In this document: positions 49,285-57,208 of the stretch, piece after piece
How positions within the stretch are numbered: position 1 is the first letter of the stretch
Layout of the letters: every line of letters begins with the position of its first letter
Origin: a virus
Taxonomy: Duplodnaviria; Caudoviricetes
Virus record (IMG/VR): IMGVR_UViG_2706795396_000001
Span: 10,807-74,806 of that record
Direction: 5' to 3' (one strand)
DNA: 64,000 nt
Position numbers and translations under genes: made by a program
The notes under the pieces: model-generated
Seen by the model: only the letters and a program-made list of their open reading frames with translations
Told to the model about the DNA's origin: nothing
The model's database searches: none

Positions 49285-49536
49285 TTAATCAGACAAATCA
49301 ACTACTTGTTCAAGTTCTTTAAGTTGTTCTGCATCTTCGTAATCCAGAGCTTCATAGACTTTATTTAAGAAGTATCTGGTAAACCCGACTTCTTCGAATT
49401 GTCTATCTGTAATCAAATGAAATTCAAAAGAACATTCAGGTTCACTGTCTTTGTTCTCAACAATATCTAAATAGCCGACTGGATCAATACCTTGGTTAGA
49501 GTATACTGGAAACCAATATTTCTTTGCTTTACTCAT
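49285..49536 (-). CDS. Hypothetical protein
   Basis: 83-aa ORF in the operon orientation. Confidence 0.55.
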   Translation of the reverse strand: MSKAKKYWFPVYSNQGIDPVGYLDIVENKDSEPECSFEFHLITDRQFEEVGFTRYFLNKVYEALDYEDAEQLKELEQVVDLSD

Positions 49537-49587
49537 GAATATGTACTTTACTTTACTATACAGGGATACAATATTGTTTAAATATAA

Positions 49588-49863
49588 TTAAATCGCACCT
49601 TCTGCTTGTCTAATGATACGCTTTTCATTATCAAACAATTTCCTGGTATAGAGAATGTTATTCTTGTTAATGACCATATCAACCCAACTATTACCGAAAT
49701 TATTTGAAGTGAAAATTCCAGTACACATTAGACAAGGCGAATTATTTACAACATCAACAGAGTTGAAATTTTTAACAATAATTTCTTTACCACTTGTTAA
49801 TGCAACGACTTGATACTTACTAAAATCTATCTCATGTTCCAAAATATCATCCTCAAACATCAA
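49588..49863 (-). CDS. Hypothetical protein
   Basis: 91-aa ORF downstream of a TTGCAA promoter. Confidence 0.5.
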   Translation of the reverse strand: MMFEDDILEHEIDFSKYQVVALTSGKEIIVKNFNSVDVVNNSPCLMCTGIFTSNNFGNSWVDMVINKNNILYTRKLFDNEKRIIRQAEGAI

Positions 49864-49889
49864 TTTGTATCACTATTGACTACTTCTAT

Positions 49890-49918
49890 AGTTTAACATA
49901 CTTACTTTGATTTTGCAA
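49890..49918 (-). promoter_or_regulatory. TTGCAA-17-TAAACT promoter
   Basis: 17-nt spacer with TG extension. Confidence 0.6.
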
Positions 49919-49998
49919 CATGTTTTTTTCTGAACTAAAGCCTAATCTTTCCCAAATAGGTTTTAATTTCTTTACTTTAACTAAATATGTTTCTTCCA

Positions 49999-50205
49999 TT
50001 ATTTTTCATCCTGTGCTTGTCTCAAAAATGACTTAAAAATCAATTCCAACAATCTAATAAGACTCAAAGGGTTCTTACACCCCTTCAAAAAATCTTTATT
50101 AACCACAAGCTTAATTGCTGTATCTCCATCTTCATTAGACTTCAAGGCGATATAATCACCTTGAGATTCCGTTAAATAGAATCCATACTTATCTTGATCT
50201 TTCAC
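49999..50205 (-). CDS. Hypothetical protein
   Basis: 68-aa ORF, GTG start after GGAGG. Confidence 0.6.
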   Translation of the reverse strand: MKDQDKYGFYLTESQGDYIALKSNEDGDTAIKLVVNKDFLKGCKNPLSLIRLLELIFKSFLRQAQDEK

Positions 50206-50305
50206 TATTAAATACCTCCATTTTGTGTTTGTAATTTACGATTTGTAAGTTTACATACATAGTATAGCACGACAAATCTAAAATACAACCCCTTTTAGAA
50301 ATTTT

Positions 50306-51598
50306 TTAACAATTGTCGCCAAGCCGAATCATCAGAGGCGTGATCTTCTTATTTCTAATTAACAAACATGCTTGGCTTCTGTCTGCTTTTAGATTTAAAC
50401 TTTCTGAGTAAGTGTCTTTACCTTTCAACGAACCAGACATTACAAATAAACCATTATTTTCAATCACTTGATAGTGATGTAAATGACCAACAAGCAGAGC
50501 ATCGTAAATCTTTCCGTCACGTTGCGAAACAGTTGCTAAGATGTTCCTATTGTTCAGATTAAGCTTGTCGCCATGTTCAAAAGCAATGTTTACACCGTTG
50601 AAGTTAATACTTCCCTTAACTGGTGAGTCCTGTTCAATCACTTCAAAATTCTTTAGAGGTAAGTTCTTTAAGAACAGATTTAAAATAGTCTGGAAACTAT
50701 CCCCGTAAATCACTTCTTTCTTATTGCTGTTCATTCTGTCATGATTCCCTGATACAGCACTGTAAGCAAACTGAATTTGAGGGTAATCTAAACATAACTG
50801 CTTAATAAATCTAGATACCAGTTCAATAGCCTTTGCCTGTTGAGTAGAAAAATCAAATTCTGCTTCAAAGCTTTGCGAAAAATTACGCATGTAGACATGT
50901 TCGATGGTATCTCCTAAGTTTAAAAGTAATACATTCTTAATACCGAGGCCATCAATTAACTCTTCAATCTTGTTTAAATACTCGGTTACCAAACTTGTGA
51001 CGATGTCAAAGTTAAATTCATTATAGTTTGTTTTAAACTTGCAACCAATGTGCCAATCAGACAAACTAACAACCAAAGCGTCATTGTTATCGTCAGAATT
51101 TTGCTTGTTTTTAACGACTTTGAGACCCTCTGAGTCGTTAAAACCGTTTTGTTGGTGGATATACCAGTTAGCTTCAAAGTTGTTTATAGCCTCTCTCATG
51201 CCCTTTTCAAGCTCTTTGCGAAACAAGCTCTCGTCTAATAATTCTCTTTTAAGCTTGTTAAATTCTCTTCTTTCATTCTGTAGCTCTCTTTTAGCTTGTG
51301 ACAACTCGCCAAGTCTTAAGGTTAAAGAACTCTGTTCAAAATCTTCTCTACGGGGCAACTTCCCCGTCTTCCTTTGATAGTTCTTTACAGCTTGTCGGAA
51401 GCCTTCGCTTTGCACTACGTCTTTAAAGCCATCTGCCTTAAGCATTTTTACAATCTTTTTCCAATTCGCTTTACCCTGATCCTTTTGAATTTCAATCTTA
51501 TAAAGAACAGCACGAGCCAAACATTCTTCGCTAACTTCGTGTGACTTACCTTCGTTGTCTTGGTATCTTGTCATTCCAGTAACCTTTTTAATCTTCAA
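50306..51598 (-). CDS. Calcineurin-like metallophosphoesterase / nuclease
   Basis: SDWHIG, LGD, GNHD, HGD and GHLH motifs after a coiled-coil N-terminus. Confidence 0.85.
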   Translation of the reverse strand: MKIKKVTGMTRYQDNEGKSHEVSEECLARAVLYKIEIQKDQGKANWKKIVKMLKADGFKDVVQSEGFRQAVKNYQRKTGKLPRREDFEQSSLTLRLGELSQAKRELQNERREFNKLKRELLDESLFRKELEKGMREAINNFEANWYIHQQNGFNDSEGLKVVKNKQNSDDNNDALVVSLSDWHIGCKFKTNYNEFNFDIVTSLVTEYLNKIEELIDGLGIKNVLLLNLGDTIEHVYMRNFSQSFEAEFDFSTQQAKAIELVSRFIKQLCLDYPQIQFAYSAVSGNHDRMNSNKKEVIYGDSFQTILNLFLKNLPLKNFEVIEQDSPVKGSINFNGVNIAFEHGDKLNLNNRNILATVSQRDGKIYDALLVGHLHHYQVIENNGLFVMSGSLKGKDTYSESLNLKADRSQACLLIRNKKITPLMIRLGDNC

Positions 51599-52333
51599 TG
51601 CTTAAAATTGTAGGGTGAATGTCTTCTTCTTTCAGCAAGTCATAGATGAACTTTCTGCCTTTTTGCGTCCACTTCAGATTATTGTGAGCCTTCTGTTTTG
51701 TACCGTCAATTGTATGTTCTTCATAAGCGAACGGTTCATAATTAGCCAATCCTTGACCTGCGTATTCTTGATAAAAAACCAGTGTTTACCTTGTCTGAAT
51801 TGAATGTGCTTTCTTTCAAGGAATTTGTTTAGCTTGGCAGCAGACAAACCAAAATCTTTTGCAATTTCAGTTACTGTCATGAGACCAGGATTCCGCATTT
51901 GCTGACCATAGTAATCGACCTTTGGTTGATTCTTTTCAATCAGCTTCTGTTGGTCAGCTGCTAATTGAAGTGCTTCTCCGAAAGTCTGAGGCAATGCAAA
52001 TTGCTGTTCCTTTTTAATATAGTTCTCCATCTTATTGAAGGCCTCAATATACTTCAGCTTGAACTCAAGAGCCTTCTTACCGGTGAAACCCATAGCCAGT
52101 AGCGTGAACCCATCACGATTCATGTAGTACATTGGTTGCTTGTGTTTTTGCTTGTTCAAGTAAGTTGACTTTGCGAACATTTTCCCGACTGCGCAAAATT
52201 GCGCAGTCGAATTTTCGGAGATGAGATTGTCGATGCTACGCATTCCATCTCTGTGATTCTTTCCAAACACCTCTGCCACTCTTAAACTCGTAGTTACAGC
52301 TTGATTGTCTTGCATGATGACAAGTTCGTCCAT
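51588..52333 (-). pseudogene. Rha-family regulator fused to antirepressor C-terminal domain, interrupted by a -1 shift at a T6 run
   Basis: TTSL.VAE.FGK.H…Y.MNRDGFTLLAMGFTG.KAL.FKL.YI.AFN.ME; after TGG TTT TTT the -1 frame continues YQEYAGQG…WTQKGRKFIYDLL and stops at 51588. Confidence 0.75.
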
Positions 52334-52410
52334 AATAACGATTTCCTTTCGTAATCTCAAAAATAAATTTATAGCTAAAGGAGAACCCAACTTTGGATTC
52401 TCCTCTAAAA

Positions 52411-53499
52411 CTACTTAATGTAACCCTTCTTCTTAGCTTCAGCCAAAATCAAATCTCTAGCAATTAAAAGATCTTCCTTACGATTTTCTTCCAATGATAA
52501 AATCTTTGAGCCGTCTGGCAGTACTTGCTTCGAAATAGCACCAAGAGTTTCAAGGTCATTATTCTTAGCAAAAGTCTTACCAAGTGATTCAACTTCACTC
52601 TTCAGTTCCTTAAAGCCAATTTCTTTTTGATCTGAATCAGAGTGCAAAGTCTTCTTCTTATTAATCTTTGAGTAGTTGCTTTCAACAGCATTGGCAATTG
52701 CTTCTCTGTAAGCTTCTGCCGTGAAATCGATCGTGTCCGGCATACCCTTCAGAGTTGTACCAGCTGCATATTGTCGACTACCACGCAAGCGAATCACACG
52801 TTTTTCAGTTCCATCTTCGTTTAATTCTTTATCAACGAAAAGAATATTATCCATCATCTTCAAGACTGGCGGAAGAGCATGCTTAGCGTCAATATCCGGT
52901 TGGTAGTAAGTGTAAGCCATGACCTGTTGACCGTTCTTTTTAACAACGTTACCGCCAATTTCAGTAAGTTCATCAAGAAGTTCTCTGCTTTGATTTACAA
53001 CAGACATCTTAACTTCCTTAGTTACTTCTGTTTCATGTGAAACAAAGACGGTTGTATAAGGCAAAGATTCAATTTCCTTTAACAAATTAATCCAGACTGC
53101 ATCACGCTGACGCCAGTCCCGACCGAACAGGTTGTCTGCCCCGCCTGTCCCTACAGTGATTTCGTCATATTGGCTTGCAACATATTTATCAACATACAAA
53201 TATAAATTGTCGATAGTATCAAAAGAAATTACATCATAGGCTTCTTGAAGTTCCTTATCCTTTAGCACTCTAAGTACGCTTTTGACGTCTGCGTAATTGG
53301 CGACGTAAACACCTTTAGCGCCTTCCACGCCCCCGAGACGCTTTTCCGTCATAATGTTAAGTACACGTTCACCAAACAAGTCATTGATAAAAGTGGTCTT
53401 ACCAATTTTGCTTTCTCCGAAGAGTAGGAAGTTAAAACTTTCCGGATCACTTGACACTTTAGTTGGCTTCAAGTTTAATAATTGTTCTTTTGAAAACAC
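52411..53499 (-). CDS. AAA-family NTP-binding protein (Sak4/AAA_24-like)
   Basis: LFGESKIGKTT, Y+.+.FDT+D, +F+SHE motifs. Confidence 0.8.
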   Translation of the reverse strand: MFSKEQLLNLKPTKVSSDPESFNFLLFGESKIGKTTFINDLFGERVLNIMTEKRLGGVEGAKGVYVANYADVKSVLRVLKDKELQEAYDVISFDTIDNLYLYVDKYVASQYDEITVGTGGADNLFGRDWRQRDAVWINLLKEIESLPYTTVFVSHETEVTKEVKMSVVNQSRELLDELTEIGGNVVKKNGQQVMAYTYYQPDIDAKHALPPVLKMMDNILFVDKELNEDGTEKRVIRLRGSRQYAAGTTLKGMPDTIDFTAEAYREAIANAVESNYSKINKKKTLHSDSDQKEIGFKELKSEVESLGKTFAKNNDLETLGAISKQVLPDGSKILSLEENRKEDLLIARDLILAEAKKKGYIK

Positions 53500-53545
53500 A
53501 GGTTTTCCTCCGTTAAAAATCTTTTGTCACTTTGTTACGATTAAC

Positions 53546-53574
53546 ATTGTATCACATAATTTTTGCATTTGCAA
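53546..53574 (-). promoter_or_regulatory. TTGCAA-17-TACAAT promoter
   Basis: AAGGTTGCAA…ATGTGATACAAT, nearly identical in style to 45794-45822. Confidence 0.75.
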
Positions 53575-53599
53575 CCTTAAAGTTGCATTTTCTAGTTTT

Positions 53600-54379
53600 C
53601 TAAAACCGCACTCCTGCAGTCTTCATCTTGAGAAACTTATTGATGAAGTATTGTTGACCTTTACCAGTAACCATAGTTGTCTTGACGATAGTTACATCTC
53701 CGTTTCTAGCAATGGTTGATTCCTTCACCTTGAATACACCTAAATTCATCGCCATTTGTGTTGGCGTGTTTCGATCGCTTCCACAACTGATTAGACAACC
53801 ATTATCTCTTAACCACTGAAACAAACGATTACCACCGACATTGATTCCATTCCCTTTTAGAATTTTAGCAAGCTCACGAATTAAGATTGTAGAATCGCTA
53901 GCAGAAACAGAATCAGCAAACAAAGCTTTTGGCTTCATTCGTTCGTTGTCCGCTAAAAGTGCTTTACTCTTAGCCCGTTCTTCTTTCAGTTCAGTAGCTA
54001 ACTTAATAATTGTATCTGGGTCGCTAAGGATTTCATCGATCTTTTGATCGGTAAGGTATGCACCGTGTTTACGAAGTGAAGGAAGCACCTCTGAAGTTAC
54101 CCAACGTTTGAACTTCTTAGCCGTTGGGAGTTTAGATGAAATGATTAGTGAATACAGACCAGATTCGTTGATGATAGTTACTTCACGTTTTTGACCTGCG
54201 TACTCGATTTGGGTACGCAGCTTATCTTCACTGTCTACATGTTTGGTAACTGCATTTCTATAGTTGGAATATCCAAGAATGATCGCTACGTCGTTCCCAA
54301 CGAACCAAGGTTCATCATCGATCTCAATAGTTCTAACTTGTTTACTTTCAAAATTGAAAATTTGTACATCTTGTGACAT
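53600..54379 (-). CDS. BRO-N + KilAC antirepressor
   Basis: F.FE...VR…EPWFVG.DVA.ILGY, INESGLY.LI.SS.LP.AK.FK.WVT.EVLPS+R, KPK..FAD.V, VTGKGQ.YF+NKF. Confidence 0.9.
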   Translation of the reverse strand: MSQDVQIFNFESKQVRTIEIDDEPWFVGNDVAIILGYSNYRNAVTKHVDSEDKLRTQIEYAGQKREVTIINESGLYSLIISSKLPTAKKFKRWVTSEVLPSLRKHGAYLTDQKIDEILSDPDTIIKLATELKEERAKSKALLADNERMKPKALFADSVSASDSTILIRELAKILKGNGINVGGNRLFQWLRDNGCLISCGSDRNTPTQMAMNLGVFKVKESTIARNGDVTIVKTTMVTGKGQQYFINKFLKMKTAGVRF

Positions 54380-54560
54380 AGTATATTTTATCCTGTTCTT
54401 AATCCTAAAACTTTATTCCGACTCCCCAAAATTGAGGAGTCGAATTTTAACATTTTTCACTGCACAATTTTGCGCAATGAGATTTTGACATCTACGCAAA
54501 ACTGCGCATATCTTTAATTAGATTACTTTTCTTTACCTCCTTCTTTGATTATCTGATTAA

Positions 54561-54589
54561 ATTATAACCACAGCATCAGAAGTTGTCAA
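54561..54589 (-). promoter_or_regulatory. Consensus sigma-A promoter TTGACA-17-TATAAT
   Basis: Perfect consensus. Confidence 0.85.
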
Positions 54590-54612
54590 CTGTTTTAAAA
54601 ACCTTTTCAAAC

Positions 54613-54646
54613 AAAAAAAGACGCAGGCCTCATGACCAGCGTCTTT
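54613..54646 (-). terminator. Intrinsic terminator after ssb
   Basis: AAAGACGC/GCGTCTTT stem plus a T-run on the - strand. Confidence 0.7.
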
Positions 54647-54653
54647 CATATTC

Positions 54654-55580
54654 TTAGAATGGTAAATCGTCATTATCCACAGTTACGTTGCCAGAACTTT
54701 GATTACCAGCGTTATCAAACGGGCTCTTCACAGCCCCACCAAATCCTGAAACAGCCGGAGCAACTTCTACAGTGTTTTCGGTTCTTGAGATTTCTTGTCG
54801 AATTTCGTTGATAGCTTCTTGAGCCTGTTCCTCATCGACTTGAATCTTGTTTGATTGAGCACCAGTAATCTGCATGTTGTTTACATAAGAGTTAGGCTTA
54901 ATTTCTTCAACAAAACCAAAACCGTCAGCCGCTTCATCTTGCTTGTCTTCAATTACAGCGTAGTTATTGATCTTGTAACCGATAGTCCATGTTCCCCGCA
55001 AATCCTTTTCATACATGATTGCAGGAGCAACGAAGTCAACCAGCTTGTTGGCCTTACCGTTGTAACCAATGTAGAACCCCTGGACGTCATAAGTATTAGT
55101 AGGTTCACCGTGTTCCATGTGTTCCTTATAGTCACTCACGTAAACATCTAAAGCGCCTACTGCCTTAGGCTTAACAACGTTAGGATCAACTCTAGAGAAG
55201 CTTCTAGCTGACAAACGGTTACTTTCAATAGTTTGACCATTATTATCAGTATATACGTTCCAAGAGATGTCGCCATTTACTCTTGCGTAAGTAGCGTTCT
55301 CAGCGTCTTCGTCCTTAGCAACGTATTCTCTGATGACAGTTTCGAATCCTTCGTAGAACGGGTTTGGCTTACCTGACTTAAATAATTGGCTTTGGTATAC
55401 GTTAACTCTGATATTGTTCAGTTGAACAGAACCGTCTTGTTGAGCAATTGGCACTTCCATAGTAATATAACCACGAATTACTTGCCCACCATCTCTTGCA
55501 GTTGCGTAGTTGATATTCTTGCTCTTTACGTAACCTACAATCTGAAATGAATTAGTGTTAAACTGCTTAATGTTTGTCAT
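54654..55580 (-). CDS. ssb: Single-stranded DNA-binding protein-like
   Basis: OB-like N-terminus (+.G.+..K…G.+..N.Y), acidic tail ending DDDLPF; located in the recombination cluster. Confidence 0.7.
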   Translation of the reverse strand: MTNIKQFNTNSFQIVGYVKSKNINYATARDGGQVIRGYITMEVPIAQQDGSVQLNNIRVNVYQSQLFKSGKPNPFYEGFETVIREYVAKDEDAENATYARVNGDISWNVYTDNNGQTIESNRLSARSFSRVDPNVVKPKAVGALDVYVSDYKEHMEHGEPTNTYDVQGFYIGYNGKANKLVDFVAPAIMYEKDLRGTWTIGYKINNYAVIEDKQDEAADGFGFVEEIKPNSYVNNMQITGAQSNKIQVDEEQAQEAINEIRQEISRTENTVEVAPAVSGFGGAVKSPFDNAGNQSSGNVTVDNDDLPF

Positions 55581-55647
55581 AGTGTTTTACCTCACTAAAT
55601 TATACTATTACATATTACTAATTTATTCTAGGCTTTTGTCAGCCTAT

Positions 55648-55693
55648 AGCGTGCAGAGGAATCGAACCCCTCGATTAAGAACCATCTCACGCT
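55648..55693 (-). ncRNA. tRNA-like minihelix E1 (acceptor + T arm, no anticodon arm)
   Basis: AGCGTG-AGATGGTTCTTAATCG-AGGGG-TTCGATT-CCTCT-G-CACGCT. Confidence 0.7.
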
Positions 55694-55786
55694 GCCTAAA
55701 GTTAAGAAAAGAAATGAGGTAAAACCCAATGCAAATGAGAACATTAGGTTTTAGATAGCTAAAAAATGAGTAAAAAAGCTATCTAT

Positions 55787-55830
55787 CCTATGTCTAGAGA
55801 ATCGAACTCTAGATGAGCACCAGTCATAGG
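55787..55830 (-). ncRNA. tRNA-like minihelix E2
   Basis: CCTATG-ACTGGTGCTCA-TCTAGAG-TTCGATT-CTCTAGA-CATAGG. Confidence 0.72.
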
Positions 55831-55872
55831 CATTGGTCCGTAGACAAATGTAGTAAATCTATAACCACTATT

Positions 55873-55901
55873 ATTATACGATACTATTTTTGATTTGTCA
55901 A
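55873..55901 (-). promoter_or_regulatory. Consensus sigma-A promoter TTGACA-17-TATAAT driving E2-E1
   Basis: Perfect consensus; no ORF immediately downstream. Confidence 0.85.
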
Positions 55902-55957
55902 CGGTCCAATTTAAATCTAGGAGGACTTTTTTGTTCACTATCGTTAACGTGAACTAA

Positions 55958-56001
55958 GACGTGTGGCTGAATCGAACAACCATTTGATGACCACCCACGC
56001 C
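55958..56001 (-). ncRNA. tRNA-like minihelix E3
   Basis: GGCGTG-GGTGGTCATCAAA-TGGTTG-TTCGATT-CAGCCA-CACGTC (two G-U pairs). Confidence 0.7.
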
Positions 56002-56086
56002 CACTAAAGGAGGTTTTCTACGCTATGACAAACATCGGCTTGAAAATAGAAAAGGAGGTACTTAAGCTAGAATTTTAATCTAGCTA

Positions 56087-56158
56087 TCGAGCAAAAGAGA
56101 AATCGAACTCTTATCTTACACTTATAAGGTGTCTGCTCTACCTTTGAGCTATTGCTCG
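56087..56158 (-). tRNA. tRNA-Ile(UAU), with an 8-nt T loop and no encoded CCA
   Basis: CGAGCAA/TTGCTCG acceptor, GCTC/GAGC D stem, ACAC-CTTATAA-GTGT anticodon arm (anticodon TAT), AAGAG-TTCGATTT-CTCTT T arm. Confidence 0.8.
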
Positions 56159-56204
56159 GTTATAGTAAGAGACTACTACGACCATTTGCCCCTTACTGAT
56201 TGTT

Positions 56205-56233
56205 ATTGTACCATCCTTTGATTGCGTTTGCAA
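56205..56233 (-). promoter_or_regulatory. TTGCAA-17-TACAAT promoter driving the tRNA array
   Basis: 17-nt spacer; AAGG upstream as in the other copies. Confidence 0.75.
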
Positions 56234-56272
56234 CCTTGATTCTGATATTTTTTACAATTTTTTGACATCTTG

Positions 56273-56509
56273 TTAGAAGGAAAATCCTAGCATCATCAAA
56301 AGCAAGATTATAGCACAAGCCAACAAAGCGGTCAACGTTTCTAGCAAGTTTGTACTATATATCTCTAAGTGAGCTCTTTTGTATTGTTCTATTAAAACCT
56401 CTAACGTACCAAACACCCAAAAGGTAAATATTAGACTGATGACCATCATTAATTGACTAAGATTATCATGATAAAATCGCAAATCTAACCTCACAGGCAA
56501 CCAAAACAA
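56273..56509 (-). CDS. Small membrane protein (start uncertain)
   Basis: Two hydrophobic segments; weak start context. Confidence 0.35.
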   Translation of the reverse strand: MFWLPVRLDLRFYHDNLSQLMMVISLIFTFWVFGTLEVLIEQYKRAHLEIYSTNLLETLTALLACAIILLLMMLGFSF

Positions 56510-56550
56510 AGAAAGCTAGACAACCATTAAAAGGATGCTTAGCAACGTTA

Positions 56551-56730
56551 TTAAAACTTTGTAAAATAAACGATGTGGTCACGCTGGATGGACACCTGAC
56601 TACCATTTTCCTGCGTGAAAGTGATAAAGTACCCGCAATCTGAATCTTCTATCATCTTTTTGACTTCTTCATACGATTCTTTAACATTAATGTGGAACCC
56701 CGTGACTGGGTAAATTCTAGTTCTAATCAT
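56551..56730 (-). CDS. Small hypothetical protein (59 aa)
   Basis: MIRTRIYPVTGFHINVKESYEEV…; GGAAAAAC upstream; below the ORF-track cutoff. Confidence 0.55.
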   Translation of the reverse strand: MIRTRIYPVTGFHINVKESYEEVKKMIEDSDCGYFITFTQENGSQVSIQRDHIVYFTKF

Positions 56731-56789
56731 CTGTTTTTCCTATATATACTACTATTGTAAAATTACCATTTTATTTACTATTGTTTTTG

Positions 56790-56996
56790 TTAAATGTGCA
56801 AAAATTTAACGATAAAAATGAAGTTAAATAGAGCATAGACAAAGTACACTATATCAAACCAAGAGAAAGGATCTTCTTCCTTGTTATTATCATCAAAATC
56901 AATCAACCCATGTTTCATATTGAGTACTGAGTCTACCAAAAACAAAAGATACACAGCTAACACTAAAAACTTCAAAATTGCGAAAATTACATCCAT
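56790..56996 (-). CDS. Small two-TM membrane protein
   Basis: Hydrophobic N- and C-terminal segments. Confidence 0.6.
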   Translation of the reverse strand: MDVIFAILKFLVLAVYLLFLVDSVLNMKHGLIDFDDNNKEEDPFSWFDIVYFVYALFNFIFIVKFLHI

Positions 56997-56998
56997 AT

Positions 56999-57208
56999 TT
57001 AATTAACCACCATTAAAATCATCATTATTAAAGCACCAATGAAAGATGCTAAAAACACAGAAATGTAAAGAAATAGCTCTTCTTGTCTCTCCAAATTTGA
57101 AATTTTATACCAAAATCTTGCGAGTCGTGCAAACCCTAGAAGGGAATAAAGCGCCAGCATAATGCTTACCGATCCTAAAATCAACTTTATGATATTTATA
57201 ATTGTCAT
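56999..57208 (-). CDS. Small two-TM membrane protein
   Basis: ATGA overlap with the HNH stop; two TM segments. Confidence 0.6.
   Translation of the reverse strand: MTIINIIKLILGSVSIMLALYSLLGFARLARFWYKISNLERQEELFLYISVFLASFIGALIMMILMVVN

Noticed and set aside
56025-56078. + strand mini-ORFs behind AAAGGAGG (MTNIGLKIEKEVLKLEF; also MQMRTLGF at 55729)
   Set aside because: They are antisense to strong - strand promoters and no + promoter was seen; better explained as complements of antisense tails, though not formally excluded.
55640-56110. CRISPR array (recurring AATCGAAC)
   Set aside because: Only the 8-nt T-loop is shared, spacing is irregular, flanks covary as stems, and no cas genes are present.
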